A stretch of DNA of 64,000 nt from a virus (taxonomy: Duplodnaviria; Caudoviricetes). Below are positions 37,001 through 46,604 of the stretch, piece after piece (within the stretch, counting starts at the first letter, position 1; each line of letters starts with the position of its first letter). The DNA is taken from IMG/VR virus record IMGVR_UViG_3300023235_001725; one strand, given 5' to 3'. The position numbers and the translations under genes were made by a program. Under the pieces are notes generated by a model. It ran no database searches. It worked only from the letters and a program-made list of their open reading frames with translations, and was not told the origin of the DNA.

Positions 37001-38778
37001 ACATTTTTGTCTAATGCTCCATTTGGAAGCTTAAAACCAGTTCCTTTTGGAGTGAGGAGGCGTGTCCAGAAGGTGCAAAAATTCTTTAGTTGCTGCTTAT
37101 GTAAATCTGAGCCTGAATTTGGCAATCTTCGTATGTCACTGGCTGATATGTTCTGAATATCTTTATCAGTAAGGGCGTCGATTCTATCTTCGTCTGCATC
37201 TCCTGGGTCAGTAATAACGTCGTTTTTAGTAAACCAAGCCGCTATAGCTGAACGTCCTAAAATGTCTTTAGCAAAGCTTGTATAACTTGAGCCATTATAT
37301 GGTTTTGGTGCAAATAGTTCCAGAACACTTATCGGGTGTGCAACGTTTTCGTTTACAGCGGTCGTGTCGATGTTTGCAATATTCTGAAATTCTAGAATAC
37401 CTTGGGTAATTGCGGCGGTAAATGTTCTTACAAAGTCTAGCTCGTTTCCCGCTTCTTCTATTCCAAATATTCCTTTTGCTGGAACTTCCTCTCCCTCCTC
37501 TGTAATCAGTAGAGGATAGTGACGAGCAATTAAATTATCCTGCTCGACTGCTGCTTTTCTTGTTAATTTGAATTCTGAATATCCTTTTATTCCAGCCTCT
37601 AAAATTCTTCCCATCACATAAGCAGAGTCTGATGCTATCTGGTTTAAAACTCTGCTAATTGTGAGCGCATTTAGTTTCCCATATGTTCTCGCATATCTTT
37701 TGGCAGAAATTTCTTTTTGTATCTCTTCCAGATTTGCATTTATAACCGAATAAACTCTGTCTCTTATCTCTTTTTTTTCGTCTCTAGAAATAATATTATT
37801 TTCTTGAACATCAGTTGCATCCTCTGAAGCAATAATGTCATCTCCTTGAAAATCGGTTATATCTCTGTCAAAAAAACGACCTTTCTTTGAGTCAATGAGA
37901 ACCTTCGATAAAACGAATTCTAAGCTACCCGTCAGGCTACCTTTAAGGTCTTCTTCGTCGACTTTTTCAACTGCTTCCCTATCTAGCTGTATCGTTTTAA
38001 AGCCTTGAACTTGTTCCCCATCTACACTTCCACTCAATATAGAAAATGCAGCTGAACCTTTATTTGTTGCATATGCTGTTGCATTCGACTTTAAATCCCC
38101 AAGTGCAGTAACCAGGTTGTCAAATGTTTCAGTAACCTGATTTGTTGTTATTTCTACCTCGTTTCCAATCTCCATAAGTTCTTGTATACTTGAGCTGTAC
38201 TCTGGAGCAGCGGCTAGGTCAGGGTTAGGGTTGTCTGGGTCTATTGTACCGTCCATCACTTTTAATGCGTTCGCTGCTAAAATAAAAGAGAATGGCAAGT
38301 CAGCAAAAAACCCCCATTGATGAGGAACAAATACACCTTTAATGGAGTATGATGCATCGTCTGAGTTAAAAGAAATATCATACTTCTTCATACTCAACAT
38401 GTAGGTTACTTGTCTGCCTAAATAACCTTTAAATGTAAACTTAAACTTTGGTGGTGGCCAAGCAAAAAATACACTGTAATCTATTCCTTGAGAGTTATTC
38501 CCACCAAACATCGTATTGCCATACAAGTCTTTAAACGTAATCTCAATAATGGGCTGTAAAGAGGTGCTAACATCGATACTGATGTCAGTTATACCAAATC
38601 CTATGCTTTGTGCTATATGCTTTGAAGTGTGAACTTCTGTCCCTTCTGGGCCATAAAGGTCCGCGTTAAAATATCTACGCCCCGTTAAGTCATATTGCTT
38701 TCCGTCTACTATAGCTTGCAGCGACGCACTTATATAAAGGTCTTTATGTCTGAAGTACTCTGGCGTTATTATCGACAT
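34066..38778 (-). CDS. large baseplate hub/tail protein with C-terminal putative muralytic domain
   Basis: 1570 aa in the tail module; FGITDISI...FKGYLG N-terminus; LGNAQIFPMQFFFL...YQILSVKHSITP hub-like segment; EQ...NYNHFGI...FASFES glucosaminidase-like tail. Confidence 0.7.
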   Translation of the reverse strand: MSIITPEYFRHKDLYISASLQAIVDGKQYDLTGRRYFNADLYGPEGTEVHTSKHIAQSIGFGITDISIDVSTSLQPIIEITFKDLYGNTMFGGNNSQGIDYSVFFAWPPPKFKFTFKGYLGRQVTYMLSMKKYDISFNSDDASYSIKGVFVPHQWGFFADLPFSFILAANALKVMDGTIDPDNPNPDLAAAPEYSSSIQELMEIGNEVEITTNQVTETFDNLVTALGDLKSNATAYATNKGSAAFSILSGSVDGEQVQGFKTIQLDREAVEKVDEEDLKGSLTGSLEFVLSKVLIDSKKGRFFDRDITDFQGDDIIASEDATDVQENNIISRDEKKEIRDRVYSVINANLEEIQKEISAKRYARTYGKLNALTISRVLNQIASDSAYVMGRILEAGIKGYSEFKLTRKAAVEQDNLIARHYPLLITEEGEEVPAKGIFGIEEAGNELDFVRTFTAAITQGILEFQNIANIDTTAVNENVAHPISVLELFAPKPYNGSSYTSFAKDILGRSAIAAWFTKNDVITDPGDADEDRIDALTDKDIQNISASDIRRLPNSGSDLHKQQLKNFCTFWTRLLTPKGTGFKLPNGALDKNVFDLEDFLKTDSEDAVDSVILNYEVVIEHNGQTTEIEKITTQEELKTFVAGINDDKKRPVTMSVKEALEGLFTGDLASIDQASMAGNHFINNGVPYFTGVHKKERDFRTFWLAYEGEDAIRAKEVLIGQGYEAGDNNDASATNENFYYIEEALGEDGEDLTEAVELFNKIISKDIVFDYQKIRSNDSSTELNDNLGNFQTNTWINSFASTEDYKEAFLFRRKIKNPNVPEDNTGGVEVSSQNPILFVKAFYLNDNAYKNSDEILDGIIADATADVVQGYAQIVTGIFQVGANLFQGGLNLVTSIFSEDSSSTLVSDAAAAIISPAVEISNSAAAADFVELNERISFDLFTGKRNSAVNNGAIEGTYQRRYIYKVCSKILELIQEIETEDNNVITQILGNAQEGENIIYKQFHSLFQQWNSIVFRDDVDSGGNITNTIAPGHSQLAVELMKEYGSCGLGTLGRGLNTTDVNYAATASASDTVSSRSGVFVYDFPLQRIKQANSTANNQFIQVENALINTDALSEARSDTTVLNVIQAICSKNNFMFIPIPGYANYLDVNDIYTPKNYDGAQRVINFFHVMFIPTPESRALKPSDTYTTPAALSRSQEDLDVDALEVKYGSTENNIVKNIQVSTQDNKVTAESVINLERLVNNENSNKRVTTDCSMLNVMAGRSYTSTIDVLGNAQIFPMQFFFLRNLPMFDGLYQILSVKHSITPNNFETTMEGMRMRFYLENDYGGIFPITIETLAKTAEDRGVELEYLKPEGDNLTAPQSEYTGDADIIPISELPGNKIKYFPVYTNKSRFWTAITPEELANKIKSSVTANLDIKTAILFTALKEQYNGEVIGGFNYNHFGIMADIGRWGNSELINGSILSSEGKGGQGVRTTKYRAFASFESDEKGLLFMAKTITSKTKKPRTAQLENGKSVSFKGPITRDNIMDYYILKWLSPALTSVEQILVTDRATNILRYQKLWDKAQGLLN

Positions 38779-39080
38779 TACTTGTTTTTATTTCTATTGA
38801 TTTGCTGAAAAATCTCTTGCTCTACTTCTTGAAGTGGAAAAGGAATTCTTATTACTGTTCTGTCTGGAATGTCAAACTCTAGAGAGTAGTCAGGGTTAGC
38901 CCATAAAATGATTCTCCAACATTCTTCTTCTCTGTAATAGTCTCCAGCAATTCTATCTAATCGATTTCGCTTTTTGTCGTAAACAATTCGCTTATCAGTT
39001 GACCTTTTTGAGATAGTAATGGGAGGCATATTGAGTTGCTTGTCTCCGTCTTGTAGGTATTGGTAAAAATTAACAGCCAT
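38778..39080 (-). CDS. LysM-like baseplate protein (P2 gpX / T4 gp53-like)
   Basis: RLDRIAGDYY...WRIILWANP...VIRIP; TATTTAT upstream. Confidence 0.75.
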   Translation of the reverse strand: MAVNFYQYLQDGDKQLNMPPITISKRSTDKRIVYDKKRNRLDRIAGDYYREEECWRIILWANPDYSLEFDIPDRTVIRIPFPLQEVEQEIFQQINRNKNK

Positions 39081-39136
39081 CAGTGTGTTTTACCATAAAT
39101 AGTAACGTGCAAATTTTCTATTATAAAGGAGCTAGG

Positions 39137-42100
39137 TTACCAAACCTTTCGTTGAGAGTAATATCCGCCAACATCTGTTGCAGTAAGTGGACGATAACTA
39201 TTGTTATCTCCCTTTTTATAGGTACCATAAGGCCCTATTATGGTAAAAGCCACTGTGACCAAAGCCCATAGCGGCTGGACTTTACCTCGTTGTAGGCACC
39301 AGACTGTGTCGGAATAATCCTTACTGATTGAGTTTACGATGCAGTCATGGTCTAGCCAATCTCCAAGTCGCAAGTGCGCAACAGGTGGTGTGGTGAATGA
39401 AAATCCAACTTTCTTATTTTGCCCATTATTTTCACGTGGACGAGTTAGCTTGCTTAAGAAACTCATTCTACGTCTAAAGTCAGCTTTATCTCCAGAGAAA
39501 AACGCTGGCTGGAAACCGAGGTTTTTTTTCATATCATCTAAAACAGATTCAACATTTCTAATACTAGTTATCTCACTGTCTGCATTTGGAGGCTGTGTAT
39601 AATTAAGAAGGTTAGATGGGTTATAGATATTTCCTCCGTCTTTATAATTCTCAGAAAATCTTGTTTTCTCAACAATATTTCCTTCTGCGTCTTTCCCAGC
39701 TGTTACACGCTTTTCTTCAATTGATTTAGAAATTTTTATGAGAATAAGTTTGTTCGACTCTATTCTTTCTCGAATTGGATTTATTTTAGTTTCCCTATCG
39801 ATTTGCATCATCAAATTCCCATTGAATAATGCCGAAGCCACACTAGCTTCTGGAGTGTCATAACTAGCTTCTATATCAGCTATAGACTGATTGTCTTTTG
39901 ATATCAATTTCTCTAACGCAGCTTGTGCAGCAACATCTTGGTCAACTCCTTTAATTTTTTCCCTATCGTCATCCGACAAATCTGTGAATATTCCTTCTTT
40001 TTCGAAATCATACTTTAATGTTCCCATCACTGGGTCTCCTCCTCCGTTTTGCAGACTTTGCAATAACTCAGAAACACTTGGTGTATCAGTAAGCCCTAAT
40101 TCTACTTCTTGAGCAAAGTCTGTCAACACAAAAAAGTTGATTGAACCGCTTCTACGAGCATTGTTATATGTGTAAATAGCTTCTGGGCGGCCAAGCATGT
40201 TTGTTTCATTCCAGTTTGCCTCTTCATTTTCTTGGAAAGACTTAATATAAGGAGGGAAGTACATAGTTCGAAGCTGGGTTTCTTGCCCTGCTTCATTTTC
40301 GATGGCATAATTTGTGATGCCAAACATTAGTTCCCCTGCTTCGGCTGGAGCATACAAGTTTGAGACTGAATATCTCTGCTTTCTTATTTTAGGGGCGCCG
40401 TTGGGCCTTACTCCTGTTATAAATTCTCTTTGACCAATTTTATAATTTTGAGCATATCGTACAGTTGAGTCGTTTGCAATCCTGTCGATTACTTTTTTAA
40501 TAGACCTTGGTCCAGAAGCAAACTCTTCTTCCCCGTCGCCTCTATCACCTAGAGGGTTTCCAGCATATGACTTAGCTAGTAAATCATCTGCCTGCGGTTC
40601 ATCTCCAATGTTATTTATTGTGCTACTTTTAAACTTCGCAGCAACATTAACAGAGCTCCCGTCTAAATCAAGCATTGAACCAGCAGGGTTGCCAGCTTGT
40701 AGCCAAGCTCTGTAACCTATTGAATTTTGTCCATTACGCAAGTGCATATCCTGGATTTTGCTTCTTGTGGTAGAAACTCCATCATCACTCACAAATAAAC
40801 TCTCTTCTATTTTATCTTTATCTGTCTCTCTATCTCTGTATTGCGTCCCTTCTGAACCAAACATCCCTGGCCTATAGTCATTACGAGCCAATAAGGCCGT
40901 GCGGACAAGTGCACCGAAAGCAAAATTTCGAGACACCCCAATGAATGCCTGAGTGCCAAAGCCTTCTACATTGACGCCAAAAAGGCCTCCTTGTAAGTTT
41001 TTTGATAACTGCTCCTTTCGGGCTTGCTCTGAGTCTGATAAAATGTTAGAAATCGAAGAAACATTGCTAGACATCTGCTCTAGTCGATAAGGGTCAGAGT
41101 CCCCTAATATATCACTTACAGCGCCAACGTTAAACGCCAATAAAGCTTCTCTGTATGGGCTTGAGTCCGTTTCCAGGTCTGATTCCGACGGAACATTGTT
41201 CGATAAGTCATCTTCTCGGAAAGGAACTGAGTCCGTTTCCAAGTCTGATTCCGACGGAACATTGTTCGATAAGTCATCTTCTCGGAAAGGAACTGAGTCC
41301 GTTTCCAGGTCTGATTCCGACGGAACATTGTTCGATAAATCATCTTCTCGGAAAGGAACTGAGTCCGTTTCCAGGTCTGATTCCGACGGAACATTGTTCG
41401 ATAAATCATCTTCTCGGAAGGGAATTGAGTCCGTTTCCAGGTCTGATTCTGATGGAACATTGTTCGATAAGCCGTCTTGTCGGAAGGGAATTGAGTCCGT
41501 TTCCAAGTCTGATTCCGACGGAACATTGTTCGATAAATCATCTTCTCGGAAGGGAATTGAGTCCGTTTCCAGGTCTGATTCTGATGGAACATTGTTCGAT
41601 AAGCCGTCTTGTCGGAAAGGAATTGAGTCCGTTTCCAAGTCTGATTCTGACGGAACATTGTTCGATAAGCCGTCTTGTCGGAAGGGAATTGAGTCCATTT
41701 CCAAGTCTGATTCTGACGGAACATTCTTAGCGAGTTGGTCATCTCGAAGTGATGCTGTGTCTGCTTCAAGGTCTGATTCTGACGGAACATTGTTTGATAA
41801 GCCGTCTTCTCGGAAGGGAGCTGAGTCCGTTTCCAAGTCTGATTCTGACGGAACATTGTTTGATAAGCCGTCTTCTCGGAAGGGAACTGAGTCCGTTTCC
41901 AAGTCTGATTCTGACGGAACATTCTTAGCGAGTTGGTCATCTCGAAGCGATGCTGTGTCTGCTTCAAGGTCTGATTCTGACGGAACATTCTTAGCGAGTT
42001 GGTCATCTCGAAGCGATGCTGTGTCTGCTTCAAGGTCTGATTCTGACGGAACATTGTTCGATAAGCCGTCTTCTCGGAAGGGAACTGAGTCCGTTTCTAG

Positions 42101-42700
42101 GTCTGATTCTGACGAAACATTTTTTGATAGCTGTCCATCTCTAAAGTCTTGAGTATCCTCGATTACATCTGATGTGTTCGACACATTCTTAGCAAGTTGG
42201 TCATCTCGAAGCGATGCTGTGTCTGCTTCTAAGTCTGATTCCAACGGAACATTTTTAGACAGCATTTGCTCTCTAAAGTCTTTTGATTTTTTTAAATGAG
42301 GTTCTGTGCTAATTGTTTCATTTTTAGCGAGTTGTTCAAGTCGATATTTTTTAGATATCTCTAAAACAGAGGTCTCGCTAATAATGTTCCTTGTAAGCTG
42401 AGCTGCTCGATATGTTTCAGACAACTCTTTAATATCGGAGATAGCTGGAACAATTTTAGCTAAAGCTGCTTGACGATAAACCTCAGTATCTTCAATGATA
42501 TCTGTGTTTTTTGGTACGTTTTTAGAAAGAAGATTTTCTCTCGCCTCTGGATACAAAACGTCATATACAGACGTTGGTATCTGCACATTTCTTGACTGCA
42601 TATCCTCGCGAACATCGTCTGAAAACTCACCATAGTACTTAGTGAATTTCTCGAATAATCTTTCCTTATCGTCGTTTGGGTCCCAAAGTGTGTTGTACAT
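39137..42700 (-). CDS. baseplate/tail-tube initiator-like protein (gp48/gp54-like C-domain) with a long 22-aa repeat region
   Basis: FPPYIKSFQENEEANWNETNMLGRPEAIYTY, PPVAHLRLGD...VNSISKDY; TATTTAT upstream. Confidence 0.7.
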   Translation of the reverse strand: MYNTLWDPNDDKERLFEKFTKYYGEFSDDVREDMQSRNVQIPTSVYDVLYPEARENLLSKNVPKNTDIIEDTEVYRQAALAKIVPAISDIKELSETYRAAQLTRNIISETSVLEISKKYRLEQLAKNETISTEPHLKKSKDFREQMLSKNVPLESDLEADTASLRDDQLAKNVSNTSDVIEDTQDFRDGQLSKNVSSESDLETDSVPFREDGLSNNVPSESDLEADTASLRDDQLAKNVPSESDLEADTASLRDDQLAKNVPSESDLETDSVPFREDGLSNNVPSESDLETDSAPFREDGLSNNVPSESDLEADTASLRDDQLAKNVPSESDLEMDSIPFRQDGLSNNVPSESDLETDSIPFRQDGLSNNVPSESDLETDSIPFREDDLSNNVPSESDLETDSIPFRQDGLSNNVPSESDLETDSIPFREDDLSNNVPSESDLETDSVPFREDDLSNNVPSESDLETDSVPFREDDLSNNVPSESDLETDSVPFREDDLSNNVPSESDLETDSSPYREALLAFNVGAVSDILGDSDPYRLEQMSSNVSSISNILSDSEQARKEQLSKNLQGGLFGVNVEGFGTQAFIGVSRNFAFGALVRTALLARNDYRPGMFGSEGTQYRDRETDKDKIEESLFVSDDGVSTTRSKIQDMHLRNGQNSIGYRAWLQAGNPAGSMLDLDGSSVNVAAKFKSSTINNIGDEPQADDLLAKSYAGNPLGDRGDGEEEFASGPRSIKKVIDRIANDSTVRYAQNYKIGQREFITGVRPNGAPKIRKQRYSVSNLYAPAEAGELMFGITNYAIENEAGQETQLRTMYFPPYIKSFQENEEANWNETNMLGRPEAIYTYNNARRSGSINFFVLTDFAQEVELGLTDTPSVSELLQSLQNGGGDPVMGTLKYDFEKEGIFTDLSDDDREKIKGVDQDVAAQAALEKLISKDNQSIADIEASYDTPEASVASALFNGNLMMQIDRETKINPIRERIESNKLILIKISKSIEEKRVTAGKDAEGNIVEKTRFSENYKDGGNIYNPSNLLNYTQPPNADSEITSIRNVESVLDDMKKNLGFQPAFFSGDKADFRRRMSFLSKLTRPRENNGQNKKVGFSFTTPPVAHLRLGDWLDHDCIVNSISKDYSDTVWCLQRGKVQPLWALVTVAFTIIGPYGTYKKGDNNSYRPLTATDVGGYYSQRKVW
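41000..42530 (-). repeat. 66-bp in-frame tandem repeat: 15 near-identical SESDLE units plus about 8 degenerate flanking units
   Basis: GAGTCC recurs at 41163 and 41229; units SESDLETDSVPFREDDLSNNVP and SESDLEADTASLRDDQLAKNVP. Boundaries approximate. Confidence 0.92.
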
Positions 42701-42741
42701 GCCTTGCTAATATCTTTCCCATAAATAACTGGGAGAAAAAA

Positions 42742-45700
42742 TCATCGACCACTTTGAGTAGCAGTGTCTTTAAGGATTTTGTGTTTAATTTCTCTACCAT
42801 TTTCTCCAATGAGTTTAATTTCGATTTTTCTAACATCTCCACTAGCTCCTCCAGAGCCTCCAGACACAGCACTACTAAGTGCTGCAGCTAAAGCGTTTAA
42901 AGAGTTTGCGCTAGACGATGTCGACATTGCATCTGCTATTTTCTGCATTTCCTCAAGCTTCTTTGTGTCAATTTGGCCCAAAGTGGCTTTTAATTCCTTC
43001 ATAGAATCTGCAAACTTACTCATTGCTTCGGCTGCTCTTTCTAGATTTGTAGCCAACGGGTCCAGCGCATGGCCCATCATTAATATACTACCTGCCATTG
43101 CCATCATACCTAATAACACTAATGGGTTAGCAAAAACTAAAGAAGCAAGACCAAACGCAGCTATTCCTGGGGCTGCACTCAATAATGCACCGCCCATTGC
43201 TGAGATGCCATCCCAATTTACATTTGCTAATCGCTCAAATGCTACCGCAGCTATCATTAAAGACACAGCCATAAGAACCATCATTCCGCCAATAGCGAGA
43301 ATCACCCCTATCCCTATTGCTAAAAGGATTGCTTGAGGACCTGCTAATAGAGCTCCTATGGCAAATACCATCCCTATTGATGCAGCCATAAAAACAAGAG
43401 ATGCTATCACAGCGGGCCATTTCACATCACTCATCATTTGTAGAGCAAATGCAAACGGTACCATAGCTGCGCCGATTATAAACATCGCCAAAGAACCTCT
43501 AACAACTCCTTTCATGTCAGTCTTTGCACCAATTGCAGCCATCGCAGCTACACCTCCCGCCAGTATCAAAAGAGATACAGCAGATGTAGCCATTTGGTCT
43601 GCAGATGCCTCCCCGCCCCATTGAGCCATTGCTGCTGAAAAACCAACAACAGCGCCGCCAATTAAGACTACAGCAAGAGCAAACCTCGCTACGCCTGGTA
43701 TACTAATTTTAACTTTTGAAAGTGCGCCAAGACTTTTAGCTAGCGCTGTTATACCTGAGCCAGCGCTTTTTGACATCTTGCCAGCAAACGCAATACTTAT
43801 ACCTCTTCCTATGATTAAGCCAATCAACGGCACTGCTACCACAAGAGCTGCTGTAATTGACTTTGTAAAAGTGCCACCTAAAGAGCTAAACCAGCTAATA
43901 GCTTGAGTCATCCATTCCAGCATTGGTTGAAACACGGTTATAGTGTTTGTCAGGCTTGCAATAAAAGCGTCCATTGACTGTCTGAAAGACATATTAGAAG
44001 CTGCTTGGGCGTCAATGTTTTTTTGGTCTTCTTTCTTTTGCTGGAAAGCCGCTGCTAAATTTGTAGAGTTTACATTAGCTAAGCTATTGATATCGTTCTT
44101 ATCCAAAAATGCTTGACCATCAGTTGTTAATTTAAACCCTCCTTTACCGTCTGATTCCATCATGTCGGCAAAAGAGCTTCTTAACGCTTCTGGGTCCATA
44201 TCTAAGCCTTTAGCCATTTCAGTAAAGTCTAATCCACCGTTAAACATTTTAAGCTTCTCCATATCAAGAGCGTTTCTTTCGATTATAGAAAACATTTCTT
44301 CATATTCTAAACCAACAGCCTGAGCTGCTATCCTTAGCCTGTCTCCATCAATTGGGTCAAGACTGAATTTACCATCGTTATTCACTCTTCCAATGTCCGC
44401 GCCCATTGTTGCAATAATTTTTTGCAACTCTTTTGGCCCTTTACGCGACGCAGCCAACAAGTCCATCGGGTTTAAATTTGAAAATGAGCCAGCAGCAAGT
44501 TGTAAGTCAGCCGCCATTTGCATCGCTCCCTCTATTGTTCTTGCTTTTTCTGCAACATTAAAAATGCTATCAACACTAATTCTTAATTGTTCAGCTCTTG
44601 CAGCCATTTTTGCAAGAGACTCTTCTCCGTCAGTAAAGCCAAAAGACTTCATTTTTGTGAGATTCTTATTAATAGACTGAAGCACGTTTTTTGAATTAAC
44701 CCCAAGCATCCTAGCTTCGCTGTTTGCTTCTTCAAAATATTCTTTTACCCCTTCTGTGCTATAACCCATTTTGATTAGGTTAGCTCCCAGCTCGGCTACT
44801 TCCTTTGTAGCTACTCCTGTAGCCATAGAGATTGCTCCCCAAGAAAGCGCCATGTCCTTAGTGGCCATGCTAGTGGTTTGAAGCTCCTCCCCGATTTCTC
44901 CAACCATTTGGCCTGCATCTGCTAAAGACATTCCAAACTCAGCCATACCTGATGTGAAATCAGCATTGGCTACTGAATCCATTTCAGAAAGCAGTATACC
45001 AGAATCTCTCTGGATGCCATTTGAGACTTTGTCCCACTCAAACAACCCTTTAATCATTGAGTTTCTGAAATTCTCAGACATCTCATTGAGTCCACCCATT
45101 ATGTCTAGCCCTTTCTCGCTGGTCTTGTTTGCCTCTAAAAGTGCTTCATTGTACTCAAGTTGAACGTTGATTAAGTTTTCGTGCCCATTACTCAAAGAAC
45201 TTAGTAGGCCCGTGTTTAAAAGTATGGACTCTCTTGTCTCTTCAGAATAACCTGCAATAGCTTCTCCATTTGAGCTAGCAAGGTCTTCAAGCACTCTAAA
45301 CTGCTCCTCTAGGGTGTTAAATCCTTCAAGAGTTTCCGCTAATGAGCCTCCGCTTCTAGATATTTTGTCAATCTCATCCTGAAGCTTAGTTAGGTTAACA
45401 TCTTCAAACTTTTCACCAAGCGCACCAGCGTCATATAAAAGACTAGCTGAGTTATCAGATATGACTTTTAGACTGCCTTGCAATTGAGCCGTAATATCCC
45501 TGCCTAGAGCTAGTTTAGCGTCTTCTAGGTTGCCTTTTAGTTTGTTAGACTCCTTTGCAAGTGTCTCCATCGTTTCAGCAGAGCGCTCTATTTCGCCAAA
45601 AAAAGCAGCCCCAGAAACACCGAACACCTCACTTGTAATCGACTTCCATACATTCAATAAAGCGTTAGAGTCCTGTTTCTGCTTTCGCTGAAACTCTTCA

Positions 45701-45750
45701 TACTTTTTGAAACTATCTTCGTTAAATACTTCTCCCGTGTTGTCGGCCAT
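42742..45750 (-). CDS. tail tape measure protein
   Basis: About 1000 aa, helical, with an Ala/Gly-rich hydrophobic C-terminal half; follows the tail chaperones; start placed at MADNTG after TATTTAT. Confidence 0.85.
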   Translation of the reverse strand: MADNTGEVFNEDSFKKYEEFQRKQKQDSNALLNVWKSITSEVFGVSGAAFFGEIERSAETMETLAKESNKLKGNLEDAKLALGRDITAQLQGSLKVISDNSASLLYDAGALGEKFEDVNLTKLQDEIDKISRSGGSLAETLEGFNTLEEQFRVLEDLASSNGEAIAGYSEETRESILLNTGLLSSLSNGHENLINVQLEYNEALLEANKTSEKGLDIMGGLNEMSENFRNSMIKGLFEWDKVSNGIQRDSGILLSEMDSVANADFTSGMAEFGMSLADAGQMVGEIGEELQTTSMATKDMALSWGAISMATGVATKEVAELGANLIKMGYSTEGVKEYFEEANSEARMLGVNSKNVLQSINKNLTKMKSFGFTDGEESLAKMAARAEQLRISVDSIFNVAEKARTIEGAMQMAADLQLAAGSFSNLNPMDLLAASRKGPKELQKIIATMGADIGRVNNDGKFSLDPIDGDRLRIAAQAVGLEYEEMFSIIERNALDMEKLKMFNGGLDFTEMAKGLDMDPEALRSSFADMMESDGKGGFKLTTDGQAFLDKNDINSLANVNSTNLAAAFQQKKEDQKNIDAQAASNMSFRQSMDAFIASLTNTITVFQPMLEWMTQAISWFSSLGGTFTKSITAALVVAVPLIGLIIGRGISIAFAGKMSKSAGSGITALAKSLGALSKVKISIPGVARFALAVVLIGGAVVGFSAAMAQWGGEASADQMATSAVSLLILAGGVAAMAAIGAKTDMKGVVRGSLAMFIIGAAMVPFAFALQMMSDVKWPAVIASLVFMAASIGMVFAIGALLAGPQAILLAIGIGVILAIGGMMVLMAVSLMIAAVAFERLANVNWDGISAMGGALLSAAPGIAAFGLASLVFANPLVLLGMMAMAGSILMMGHALDPLATNLERAAEAMSKFADSMKELKATLGQIDTKKLEEMQKIADAMSTSSSANSLNALAAALSSAVSGGSGGASGDVRKIEIKLIGENGREIKHKILKDTATQSGR

Positions 45751-45836
45751 TCTGTAGCTCTTTGCTATAAATAACCAATAAAGAAAAAAAGCCACCTTGG
45801 AGGGTAGCCTTTTTTCTTTTCACGTAAACATTTTCA

Positions 45837-46043
45837 CTAAGCGAATTCTATTTCTTTTAAAAACATAGCTTGTATAATAGCTTCCTTGCACTGTTTAAGT
45901 GTTCTGCAGGGCCACACAAGCTTTTGAGTATTCATCAAAATACTAACTCTGTATTTGTTGCCGTTTTTAAATTTACCACGGCGAAAAGCTAGCTCATTAT
46001 CAGCACATTCTTTTTTAATACAGTCTATCGTTAGTCGACTCAT
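45837..46043 (-). CDS. hypothetical protein
   Basis: ORF track. Confidence 0.55.
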   Translation of the reverse strand: MSRLTIDCIKKECADNELAFRRGKFKNGNKYRVSILMNTQKLVWPCRTLKQCKEAIIQAMFLKEIEFA

Positions 46044-46045
46044 GT

Positions 46046-46603
46046 TTAATCTTTTTGATTCATCAAGAACTTTAAACCATCGCTCTGCCCCATTGCTCCT
46101 AATCTAGAATTTAGATTTGAAGCAGCTCTCTTAGAATTATGCCCTTGATAAGCTCCAGATGATATAGCATCTAGCATTGATGTTTTAACTAATATTTCCG
46201 CAGCCTCACTTTGACTCACCGCACCCATTTTTGACTCTCTAAAAGCAATCACTCGATTAATGTTGTAATAAGAAGTTGGTCCTAAGTTTCTACCTGAGCC
46301 TTGTTGTAACATCATTGCCTGATTTCTTATAAAGTTTCCAAATGAGCCCTGATTAAAATAAATATGAAACTTACCTGTCAAAGCGTTATTTATATGTAGA
46401 AAAAAAATTACAATTTGCCAAACTACGTAAAGAGTTAAGCCATGACGAATCATTTCTCCTGCTAAGTCCCCGAATGTTCCAGTGAGCCATTTGTCTAGTT
46501 TGTAATGCTCAACAGGGCCCATCCAAAACAGCCAAATCCCGACTACGGCGGCATGCCACAGTGCGTAAATAAACTTTTCTATTCTCCAGCTTAAAGGCAT
46601 CAT
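46046..46603 (-). CDS. membrane protein with 2 predicted TM segments
   Basis: ALWHAAVVGIWLFW and LTLYVVWQIVIFFL; start placed at MMPLS. Confidence 0.65.
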   Translation of the reverse strand: MMPLSWRIEKFIYALWHAAVVGIWLFWMGPVEHYKLDKWLTGTFGDLAGEMIRHGLTLYVVWQIVIFFLHINNALTGKFHIYFNQGSFGNFIRNQAMMLQQGSGRNLGPTSYYNINRVIAFRESKMGAVSQSEAAEILVKTSMLDAISSGAYQGHNSKRAASNLNSRLGAMGQSDGLKFLMNQKD

Positions 46604-46604
46604 A

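Noticed and set aside
41116-42152. Long alternative-frame ORFs (41116-42054 minus, 41155-41730 plus, 41196-42152 plus)
   Set aside because: Shadows produced by the stop-free tandem repeat.
41000-42530. Regular 66-bp periodicity suggesting a CRISPR array
   Set aside because: The units are whole in-frame coding repeats without unique spacers, inside a 1187-aa ORF, and no cas genes are present.
42764-43624. Plus-strand ORFs antisense to the tape measure gene
   Set aside because: Typical antisense shadows of Ala/Gly-rich coding sequence.
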